Positions 37,266 to 44,710 of a stretch of DNA of 61,034 nt are shown here, one piece after another. Below the pieces are notes generated by a model. It made no database searches. It saw nothing but the letters and a program-made list of their open reading frames with translations, and was not told the DNA's origin. Location: contig CAYGGG010000002.1 of assembly GCA_964349455.1 (NCBI GenBank), positions 1 to 61,034 of the forward strand. Reading direction: 5' to 3'. This stretch comes from an uncultured Muribaculaceae bacterium (GTDB lineage Bacteria; Bacillota_I; Bacilli_A; RF39; UBA660). Numbering within the stretch: position 1 is the stretch's first letter; every line of letters begins with the position of its first letter. The position numbers were made by a program, and so were the translations under genes.

Positions 37266-38047
37266 TGGAATTTGTTATTATAGCAATAATTTTTGTTTAT
37301 ATTTTAGAAGTAAATAATCGTGTTAGTACAAGGAAATTTGTTAAAGAGGCAGAACCATATTTCCGGTTTATGATGGAAGATGATTATAAATTTTTACTGA
37401 CGGTTCGTTATGGGAATGATGTTATTGTTGATGACTTGTACGGAACAAGAGTTCGTAATGGGATAATAACAACCATTGCGCTGGCTTTTATTTTTGTATC
37501 GAGATTAGATTTATTGTATATTGCAATTTGTTTAGTTGCAGGATTCGTGATATTTAAACAACCTTATATGAAATTACAAAAATACTATCAAAAAAATCTT
37601 CATTCTATCAATTTAATGCTTCCTTATTATTTAAAAAGTTTAGAAATATTGATCCAGCATTATACGGTTCCAGTGGCATTATCAAAATCAATTTTAACAG
37701 CACCTGATATTTTTAAATCTGGTTTAGAGAAATTGGTTCATAAAATTGAAGCTGGTGATTCAACGGTTGACCCATATATGGATTTTGCTAAAGAATATCC
37801 TGTTCGTGATTCAATGCGAATGATGCGACTTTTATATCGTTTGGGGCTTGGTTCTCAAGAGAATAAGCATCAACAATTAATGATGTTTTCGCGAACTGTT
37901 TCGACATTACAAAATAAATCACGAGAGACTAAGTATAAAGATCGTTTGGAAATGATGGAAAAGAAAACAATGTTGATGTTGGGGTGTACCGGTGGTGGCA
38001 TTATGATGATAATGTTAATGGCAATTATGATGATGATGGAGTTATAG
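37265..38047 (+). CDS. TadC-like inner-membrane platform protein (T2SSF-like)
   Basis: ATAATG overlap with the preceding gene. Same TM/helical/TM architecture (LPYYLKSLEILIQHYTVPVALSKSI...). Confidence 0.5.
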   Translation: MEFVIIAIIFVYILEVNNRVSTRKFVKEAEPYFRFMMEDDYKFLLTVRYGNDVIVDDLYGTRVRNGIITTIALAFIFVSRLDLLYIAICLVAGFVIFKQPYMKLQKYYQKNLHSINLMLPYYLKSLEILIQHYTVPVALSKSILTAPDIFKSGLEKLVHKIEAGDSTVDPYMDFAKEYPVRDSMRMMRLLYRLGLGSQENKHQQLMMFSRTVSTLQNKSRETKYKDRLEMMEKKTMLMLGCTGGGIMMIMLMAIMMMMEL

Positions 38048-38048
38048 A

Positions 38049-38077
38049 TTGAATTTTAAATTTGCCTATGTTATAAT
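38049..38077 (+). promoter_or_regulatory. Near-consensus sigma-A promoter with an extended -10, in front of the pilin ORF
   Basis: TTGAAT (38049-38054), a 17-nt spacer, TGt then TATAAT (38072-38077). Confidence 0.65.
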
Positions 38078-38099
38078 TCTATAGAAAGGTGGTGAGATA

Positions 38100-38270
38100 G
38101 TGAAAGAAGCAGCAGGAGAAGCGAACTTAACAGTTGTAGCTATTATTTTAATTGGGGTGATTGCAGCAGTTGTTACACCGCTAATTACAAGAATGATGAA
38201 TACAACGAGAGAAAGAGGCGAATGCATGGATACTGGTGGTGTCTGGGTAAATGGCCGATGTCAGCGATAA
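38100..38270 (+). CDS. Flp/type IVc-like major pilin candidate, 56 aa (absent from the supplied ORF track)
   Basis: GTG start 7 nt after AGGTGG. It translates to MKEAAGEANLTVVAIILIGVIAAVVTPLITRMMNTTRERGECMDTGGVWVNGRCQR: a short polar leader, a ~22-aa hydrophobic helix and a C-terminal Cys-x11-Cys loop. It holds the flp position between tadC-like and tadE/F-like genes. Confidence 0.55.
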   Translation: MKEAAGEANLTVVAIILIGVIAAVVTPLITRMMNTTRERGECMDTGGVWVNGRCQR

Positions 38271-38303
38271 GATAACAATTAAAGAATAAATAGGAGGTGT
38301 TTG

Positions 38304-38771
38304 ATGCGCGAAGGTATTGGTAGTATTCAAATGTACAATATCATTATCTTGTTTTTCTTGATCGTGGTAGCATTTTTATTTGCAACAATTAGCTATCAAC
38401 GAGCGTTTAAAGTAAACACTTTAATTACAAGTAGTATTGAAAGATATGAAGGGTATAATGGACTTGCAATTCCAGTTATTGAACGAGATTTAAATACAAT
38501 TGCTTATCAGAGATTACGAGGGGGCGTGACACCAAATTGTCCAGCAAAAGATCCTTTGGTATTAGTGTCAGGTTCTAATTTATCTCATAAGTATTGTGTT
38601 TATGAAGGGGCTTTAGAAACAGTTACTTTTTCGGACGGCTTACAGGTTTCTTTTAGACAATATACAATTGTAACGTACGTTACATTTGACCTGCCCTTAA
38701 TAACTGATTTAATTGAAATTCCTGTCATTTCAAAAACAAATCGAATTGTCTGTTTTGAGGGCGGCTGTTAA
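38304..38771 (+). CDS. TadE/TadF-like pseudopilin
   Basis: AGGAGGTG RBS. MREGIGS-IQMYNIIILFFLIVVAFLF leader and helix, with conserved Cys residues. Confidence 0.45.
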   Translation: MREGIGSIQMYNIIILFFLIVVAFLFATISYQRAFKVNTLITSSIERYEGYNGLAIPVIERDLNTIAYQRLRGGVTPNCPAKDPLVLVSGSNLSHKYCVYEGALETVTFSDGLQVSFRQYTIVTYVTFDLPLITDLIEIPVISKTNRIVCFEGGC

Positions 38772-38773
38772 TT

Positions 38774-39229
38774 ATGAAAGAGTCAATTGGCAACACGATG
38801 GTTTTTACTTGGGTTATCATTTTTCTTTTTTTAATAATGCTTTTAATTATGGGGTCTTTAATGTACTCAAGAGCATTTAAAAATAGAAATGAAATAATAA
38901 CAATTATTGAAAAACATCGTGGATTTAATCTTCAGGCTAGAAATGAAATTGATGAGTTTTTAAGAATGGTTGGATATCGTCAAGCAAAAGATTTTCATAA
39001 TCGAGATGTTAATAATAGTTGTCAACCACCAAGTGGTTGGTCTAACGAGCCAGTACAAAGTGTATATTTGTATTGTGTTTATCGAAATAATAACGCCGAT
39101 TTATATCAGGTTGTTATTTTCTTGTATTTGGATATCCCGATTGTTGGTGAATTTATTTCTTTTCCAGTTCGTGGTGAAACAAGGGTATTTGTTAATTGGC
39201 GAAGCCAAAGTCTTGAGGTGATTAGATGA
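38774..39229 (+). CDS. TadE/TadF-like pseudopilin (paralog of the previous gene)
   Basis: MKESIGN-TMVFTWVIIFLFLIMLLIMG. It shares ...YSRAFK.N..I...IE...G... and YCVY with 38304-38771. Confidence 0.45.
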   Translation: MKESIGNTMVFTWVIIFLFLIMLLIMGSLMYSRAFKNRNEIITIIEKHRGFNLQARNEIDEFLRMVGYRQAKDFHNRDVNNSCQPPSGWSNEPVQSVYLYCVYRNNNADLYQVVIFLYLDIPIVGEFISFPVRGETRVFVNWRSQSLEVIR

Positions 39230-40239
39230 ATGTTATTATAACTAATAAAAATCAAAGTAGTATTCAAACTTTAAATATGGAAATAATTAAAGAAATGAAC
39301 GGTGAATTTTCAGCTGATGAAATTGTTGCTGCGTTTAAGAACTTTTTTTATCAAAGAATGATTTTAGATATTACGGCGTTAAAAGATTTTAAAGAATTAA
39401 GTAATTTGCAAAAATTATCAATTTCATTAGATATGGATAAGTTAATTTTATTTTTAGGAAATGTTGAAATTGGTTCTTCAAATGAATTTTTATCGAGTTT
39501 AATATCAATGGGAATATATAATTTTACCAAAAATGTTGATGGAATTATGTATTTGTATAATAATCCAAATTCATATCGCGATGTGGCACATTTTCATAAT
39601 TTGGATATTTTTAAAGAAGAAGTCCCAACAGCAACTCATTCAACAAAAACTTTAAAAGAATATGGGACACAAATTATTGGTATTGAAAATGTTACGGTTA
39701 ACTCCGGTGCAACGACATTAACATATTTGATGAAAAGGCAATTAGAAAGTAATTATTCAGTGATTGCGATTGAAATGAATAAAAGAGATTTCAGCTATTT
39801 CAATAATGAAAAAGAGATGTATTCATCGACTGATGATCATTTTTTAGGGTTATTAAGTAAGCATGCTGATAAAGATGTTATTTTAATTGATTTGAACGGA
39901 AGTAAGGTTGCAAAAGAACGATGTAATGATGTAATTTACTTGATTGAGCCATCAATTATTAAATTAAATAAGTTAATGGTTTTATATCGTTCGAAATTGC
40001 AAGATATTAGTAAGAAAAAAATTATTTTAAATCAAAGTATGTTAACTTCGAAAGATGTTTTAGATTTTGAATATGAGGCAAGATCAAAGGTGTTTTTTAA
40101 TATGCCACCACTTGACGAGCGGCAAAAAAACATTTTGGTTTTGAATATGTTTTTAAAAAAATTAGGATTTGATCGTCAATATACCGAAAATAGTGATAAA
40201 AAGAGTAAAATCCTTGGTATTTTTAATATTAATAATTGA
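39226..40239 (+). CDS. TadZ/CpaE-like protein (receiver-like N-domain plus degenerate ParA/MinD-like domain)
   Basis: ATGA overlap with the upstream gene. IIGIENVTVNSGATTLTYLM sits where the deviant Walker A should be, with no conserved Lys. DVILIDLNGS is a Walker B-like strand. Confidence 0.35.
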   Translation: MNVIITNKNQSSIQTLNMEIIKEMNGEFSADEIVAAFKNFFYQRMILDITALKDFKELSNLQKLSISLDMDKLILFLGNVEIGSSNEFLSSLISMGIYNFTKNVDGIMYLYNNPNSYRDVAHFHNLDIFKEEVPTATHSTKTLKEYGTQIIGIENVTVNSGATTLTYLMKRQLESNYSVIAIEMNKRDFSYFNNEKEMYSSTDDHFLGLLSKHADKDVILIDLNGSKVAKERCNDVIYLIEPSIIKLNKLMVLYRSKLQDISKKKIILNQSMLTSKDVLDFEYEARSKVFFNMPPLDERQKNILVLNMFLKKLGFDRQYTENSDKKSKILGIFNINN

Positions 40240-40282
40240 CATACATAGTATTGTATGATAAAGTAAATCTAAGGAGGAGATT

Positions 40283-40603
40283 ATGGAATTATACGTTTTA
40301 GCCACGGGACCATGCATGGGCATGCCAACTGTTTTGATTGATTTGTTAGGAATAGTTATTCAGGTGATAAAAATTGTTATTCCGATTGTTTTAGTTCTTT
40401 TCGGAATGCTTGATTTAGGGAAGGCTGTTTTTGAACAAAAAGAAGAAGATATAACAAAAGCTCAAAAAATGTTTGTTAAAAGACTAGTAGCAGCTATTTT
40501 GGTATTTTTAGTAGTTGTAATTGTTCAATTTGTAATCGGCGTTATTGCGAATGCAACAGGCGATTCAGAAGTGATTACATGCTTTGATCATATTTTTAAT
40601 TAA
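40283..40603 (+). CDS. Small two-TM hairpin protein, VirB2/TrbC-like pilin-like candidate
   Basis: AGGAGG RBS. Two long hydrophobic helices are separated by the charged loop LGKAVFEQKEEDITKAQKMFVKR. Confidence 0.4.
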   Translation: MELYVLATGPCMGMPTVLIDLLGIVIQVIKIVIPIVLVLFGMLDLGKAVFEQKEEDITKAQKMFVKRLVAAILVFLVVVIVQFVIGVIANATGDSEVITCFDHIFN

Positions 40604-40626
40604 GAAACTTTGGTTTCTTTTTTTTT
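40602..40626 (+). terminator. Rho-independent terminator ending operon 1
   Basis: AAGAAAC/GTTTCTT 7-bp stem, a 4-nt loop and a T run. Confidence 0.7.
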
Positions 40627-40667
40627 GTAATAATATATTATTTTCTATTTATTATTTAGAAATACTA

Positions 40668-40676
40668 TGATATAAT
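40668..40676 (+). promoter_or_regulatory. Extended -10 promoter (TGaTATAAT) for the T4SS operon
   Basis: TG at 40668-40669 and TATAAT at 40671-40676, 24 nt upstream of ATG 40700. The -35 is weak (TTTATT). Confidence 0.5.
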
Positions 40677-40699
40677 AAATATATGTTAGAGGTGAATAT

Positions 40700-41818
40700 A
40701 TGAAATTAAAACGTCATTTTTTAGTTTTTTGTTTAATTGTAATTTCTTTTTTTATTTTTAATCCAATTGAGGTAAATGCTGAGATAAATGGCTGTGTTTA
40801 TGAAGTTAAGGGTAGCGGGAGTGAAAAATTAATTATTAATGCAAGTAAATCCGTTTTTAAACTATCTGCTGACGGAAAACTCGAGGAAAAATCTTTAGGG
40901 ACGGTTAATATTGCCGGTACCGAAAAGGCAGATGGGAATTTTGCAGCACCATTTAAAAGTTGTCCAGGTAACTTATATAAATATGAATTAGGAGCTAGTG
41001 GTGGCGCAAGAGGCGATGCAAAATCGGTGTATTCTGTTTCATTATGTGAAATAGAAACAGTAAATGATATTAATGATGATTTTAGAAAAAGATGTGATTT
41101 TCTTTTTGATTATATATACATTAAACCTGTGATAGGTGGTACAGAAAAAGAGGAAATGACACTTCGCGAATCAATTGAAGAATATGGTGAAATGGCAGGA
41201 GCACTTTTTAAATATGATTCTCTAAAAAAACAATATCAAATAAAAGATTTGTATAAGGCAATTTCAATTACTGAAGCACAAGAAGATGCTGCTAAGGAAA
41301 ATATGGAGGCAGCGGCGACAGCTTTTGCAAGTTGTGTGAAAAAGAACCATCCTTATGTGAGTAATTGTAATGAAAATGAGTATGATGAGTATGTAAGTTG
41401 TGTTATGGCAGCGGTTGAAGCAAAAGGGGATGAATTTAAATGTAGTGCTGAAAAAAATCAATACGAGGAAGCTTCAAAAGAACTTACTACTGCTCGAGAA
41501 TTGAAATTAATTGAGTGGAATTTAAAGGAATTATCATGCGAGGAAATATTGGGGACAGATTTAATTGAGTTTTTAAAGAGGCTTTTCTTTTATATAATGA
41601 TTATTGGGATTGGTATTACTGTTGTAATGACAATGTTAGATTATGGAAAAGCAATTGCTAGTTCCGATGAAGAAATTTATAAAAAAGCGAATAAGAAAAT
41701 GGGGCGAAGAATAATAATATTGATTATTCTAATACTATTGCCAGTGTTAATTGAATATATTCTTATAATATTTGGTGGGGCAATAGGAATTACAAATGCT
41801 CATCCTTTCTGCGAGTAG
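40700..41818 (+). CDS. Secreted protein with a signal peptide and a C-terminal two-TM VirB2-like hairpin module
   Basis: MKLKRHFLVFCLIVISFFIFNPIEVNA signal sequence. The C-terminal ...VMTMLDYGKAIASSDEEIYKKANKKMGRRIIILIILILL... parallels the 106-aa protein. Confidence 0.5.
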   Translation: MKLKRHFLVFCLIVISFFIFNPIEVNAEINGCVYEVKGSGSEKLIINASKSVFKLSADGKLEEKSLGTVNIAGTEKADGNFAAPFKSCPGNLYKYELGASGGARGDAKSVYSVSLCEIETVNDINDDFRKRCDFLFDYIYIKPVIGGTEKEEMTLRESIEEYGEMAGALFKYDSLKKQYQIKDLYKAISITEAQEDAAKENMEAAATAFASCVKKNHPYVSNCNENEYDEYVSCVMAAVEAKGDEFKCSAEKNQYEEASKELTTARELKLIEWNLKELSCEEILGTDLIEFLKRLFFYIMIIGIGITVVMTMLDYGKAIASSDEEIYKKANKKMGRRIIILIILILLPVLIEYILIIFGGAIGITNAHPFCE

Positions 41819-41826
41819 GTGAAGAA

Positions 41827-43845
41827 ATGATAGTTGGTTTAGTTAATAGTTTTATGAGTATCTCTTCGGGAATTTGGGGTTTTGTATTAGAAACTACGGC
41901 AACAGGGGAAACAACTGGCCAGGCTAATATTTTTTTGTCAATGCTACGAATATTTTTTGCAGCTGTTGACCGAATAATCATTAGTCTTATTAATCAGGTT
42001 TTTGATTTGTTAATGGCAATTGCCGATACTAATATTTTTGGAGACGAAATAATTAGATTGGTTGGGACAAGGATATATGCTTTAGTAGCAATTTTTATGT
42101 TGTTTAAAATTGCGATTACGATGATTAAATATTTAGCGGAACCTGATTCGTTTGACGATCAAAAATCAGGCTTCGGGAAATTAATTTCTAAGGTAATGAT
42201 TGCGTTGTTTATGCTTGCTTTTGTACCAACTATTTTTGATTGGGCGTTTGATATACAAACCTTTGTTATAAAAAATAAGACTTTGGAAAGAATTGTTTTT
42301 GGAACAACTGATACTTTGGGTTCAAATCAATCAAGATCGCTTTCTTTTTCTTTATTTAGTGCTTTTTTTGTCCCTGATCCAAGAGTAGTCGGTTCTGATT
42401 GTGATGGAGCATACTTTGCAAATTCTATTCCAGAATCATGTCTCAGCGCAATAGAGGCAGCGAATGAAGCAGAAGGTGCTTCAGTGAACCAAAATTTCAG
42501 AGTCGCTTATGAAGATAGTGATGCGGAAATATTATTATCCCCGGTACTGATTGATGCAAAAAATGAAACAAATGACTATATATTTCGGTATGATTGGCTG
42601 ATCTCCACAATTGTTGGAGGAATTGCCTTGTTAATATTGGTATCATTTTGTTTTGATATAGCAATTCGTTCTGTTAAACTAGGTTTTTTGCAATTAATTG
42701 CACCAATTCCAATTTTATCCTCAATAGATCCAAGCAGTGAAATTTTTAAAAAATGGTATGAGAGTTGTTTTAAAACATATTTGGATTTATTTATTAGGTT
42801 GATTGCAGTATTTTTTGCTGTTTTTGTAATTGCAGTTGTAAAATCAGGAATTAATTCGGAAGGAATTAAAACATATTCTGGGAATGATAGCGTGGATAAC
42901 TCATTAGTGATGATTGCAATAATATTAGGGTCATTACTTTTTGCAAAAGAACTACCAAAATTAATTTCAGATATAACAGGGCTAAAATTGGATGGTGGCG
43001 GATTCTCTTTAAATCCACTAGATCGATTAAAGCAAGTACCAATTGCAGGAACAGTGGCAGCTGGTGCAATTGGTGGGGCTGGTGGTGCACTTGGAGGTTT
43101 TGTTGGAGGCAGAGAATCGGGGATGGGCCTTTGGAAAGGAGTCCACGGTTTAACGGGCGGAATTGGTGCGGGAATTAGTGCTGTACCAATGAAAGGCACA
43201 AAAGAGGGCGAAAAAGCACAATCTGTGTTTGGTGCTGCAAGAGGAAAGGCTTATAAGGATGCTACTGGTAATGAAATGGCAATATTAAGTAGTGAAAAAA
43301 TGATGGCTGGTTTATTTCCTGAATATACTAAAGGGGTAGTGGATAAGAGAACTGAGAAGCCAAAACAGATGTTAAAACAGATAAAACAGGATCAAGCTTT
43401 TATCGAAAATGAATTGGCCGTAAAAAAAGATGATTACATTGAATATAGTAAAACAGCGCCAGCTGCAACAGCGCCAGCCAGTGAGCGAGAAGCATGGGAA
43501 ACAGGTAGACAAGATCGTGCTAAAGTAATTGCTGATTTGCAAAAACGGTCTGGATTCTTGGAAAAACAAGCAAAACCGTTTGAAAATCAAATAGAGCAAG
43601 TTAAAAAAGCGATGAAAGTGGATGAATCAACAACAAAAACAATGGCTCAAGCTGAGATTGAAGCAAATAAGCAAAGAGAAAAATTAAAGACAGATTATAA
43701 TTATAAGCCACCAGAACCAGATGATACGAGTACACCACCGAGCACACCGCCAGTAGCACCACCGAGTACACCACCGAGTACACCACCTCCAGGTGGTGGT
43801 TCGGATGATACCGATGATACATTGGGGCGTGGAACATATTTTTAA
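41827..43845 (+). CDS. VirB6-like polytopic T4SS channel protein with a Gly-rich segment and a Pro/Ser/Thr-rich C-terminal tail
   Basis: There are at least 6 hydrophobic helices in the first ~400 aa. It sits just upstream of the VirB3/VirB4-like genes, as with ConG/TcpH-type proteins. Assignment rests on architecture and position only. Confidence 0.5.
   Translation: MIVGLVNSFMSISSGIWGFVLETTATGETTGQANIFLSMLRIFFAAVDRIIISLINQVFDLLMAIADTNIFGDEIIRLVGTRIYALVAIFMLFKIAITMIKYLAEPDSFDDQKSGFGKLISKVMIALFMLAFVPTIFDWAFDIQTFVIKNKTLERIVFGTTDTLGSNQSRSLSFSLFSAFFVPDPRVVGSDCDGAYFANSIPESCLSAIEAANEAEGASVNQNFRVAYEDSDAEILLSPVLIDAKNETNDYIFRYDWLISTIVGGIALLILVSFCFDIAIRSVKLGFLQLIAPIPILSSIDPSSEIFKKWYESCFKTYLDLFIRLIAVFFAVFVIAVVKSGINSEGIKTYSGNDSVDNSLVMIAIILGSLLFAKELPKLISDITGLKLDGGGFSLNPLDRLKQVPIAGTVAAGAIGGAGGALGGFVGGRESGMGLWKGVHGLTGGIGAGISAVPMKGTKEGEKAQSVFGAARGKAYKDATGNEMAILSSEKMMAGLFPEYTKGVVDKRTEKPKQMLKQIKQDQAFIENELAVKKDDYIEYSKTAPAATAPASEREAWETGRQDRAKVIADLQKRSGFLEKQAKPFENQIEQVKKAMKVDESTTKTMAQAEIEANKQREKLKTDYNYKPPEPDDTSTPPSTPPVAPPSTPPSTPPPGGGSDDTDDTLGRGTYF
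43728..43790 (+). repeat. Short in-frame tandem repeat encoding (S/V)(T/A)PP units
   Basis: GAGTACACCACCG occurs at 43728 and 43764, and a 12-nt version lacking the final G at 43776. The encoded peptide is TSTPPSTPPVAPPSTPPSTPPP. Confidence 0.7.
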
Positions 43846-43863
43846 AAAAAGGGGTGATTTAAA

Positions 43864-44181
43864 TTGAATGAAGGATTTTTAATTCCGGCAAATTCAAAAA
43901 AATCGATATTAATTTTTGGTTTATTTAAGACATTTGACTTGATCTTGTTTAGCATAGGATTAGGGTTAACATTTTTGTTGTTGATAACCGTTCCGATGCA
44001 AGATCTAACATGGTCGGTAATTGCAATAGCACCAGGAATGATTTGTGGTTTTCTGGTATTGCCATTACCTAATTACTATAATGTTCGAACATTTATTATG
44101 AGTGCATGGCGCTTTTATACAATAAGGCAGAAATTTATATGGAAAGGTTGGTGTGTAATTAATGAGCAAGGCAGAGAGTAG
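43864..44181 (+). CDS. VirB3/PrgI-like small two-TM protein
   Basis: TTG start after AGGGGTGA. It is 105 aa with two TM helices and overlaps the start of the VirB4 N-domain ORF. Confidence 0.45.
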   Translation: MNEGFLIPANSKKSILIFGLFKTFDLILFSIGLGLTFLLLITVPMQDLTWSVIAIAPGMICGFLVLPLPNYYNVRTFIMSAWRFYTIRQKFIWKGWCVINEQGRE

Positions 44182-44710
44182 AAGTAAGTATACAAATGAT
44201 TTAATTCCAGTTAAAAATATTACAAATGGAATGATTTATTTGGACAATGGTGAAAAAGTTGCTGGGGTTAAGATAATGCCCAGAAATATTTTCATTTTGG
44301 ATCAAGATTCGCAATATGGAATAATTGTTAATCTAAAAAATGTTTATAATTTAATTGATTATGAATTTTGGGTGATAGTTGCTGATCGTCCGGTAGATAT
44401 TAATGTATATCTATCACAATTGCAATTATTATATAATAATACAAGTGACCCAGTTAAGCGAAAATTAATTGGTGAGGATATTAGTAAGGGGAATTTTTTT
44501 ATGAGTAGTGATGTGGTTGATACTGAATATTTCTTGTTGTTTAAAGAAAGGGACGATGAATTAATTCAAAAAAGAATTAGAACATTAATTACTAGTTTGG
44601 CAAATGCAGGTTTAACTTCATATCAAACAACCAACGATGATTTAAGAATGGTTTTGGATAATTTCTTAAATGCAGGGAGTACGACAGGATTTGGGACGGT
44701 GATTGCATAA
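44162..44710 (+). CDS. VirB4-family ATPase, N-terminal domain as a separate ORF
   Basis: LIPVKNITNGMIYLDNGEKVAGVKIMPRNIFILDQDSQ...FWVIVADRPVDINVYL resembles the N-terminal region of Gram-positive VirB4 proteins (Tn916 Orf16/PrgJ/ConE type). Confidence 0.55.
   Translation: MSKAESRSKYTNDLIPVKNITNGMIYLDNGEKVAGVKIMPRNIFILDQDSQYGIIVNLKNVYNLIDYEFWVIVADRPVDINVYLSQLQLLYNNTSDPVKRKLIGEDISKGNFFMSSDVVDTEYFLLFKERDDELIQKRIRTLITSLANAGLTSYQTTNDDLRMVLDNFLNAGSTTGFGTVIA

Noticed and set aside
42576-43199. A 207-aa antisense ORF rich in Pro (plus a 74-aa one at 42866-43090) inside the VirB6-like gene.
   Set aside because: It is the reverse-complement shadow of the Gly/Ala-rich coding segment. It has no RBS, and it lies wholly inside a well-supported + strand gene in a uniformly + strand operon.
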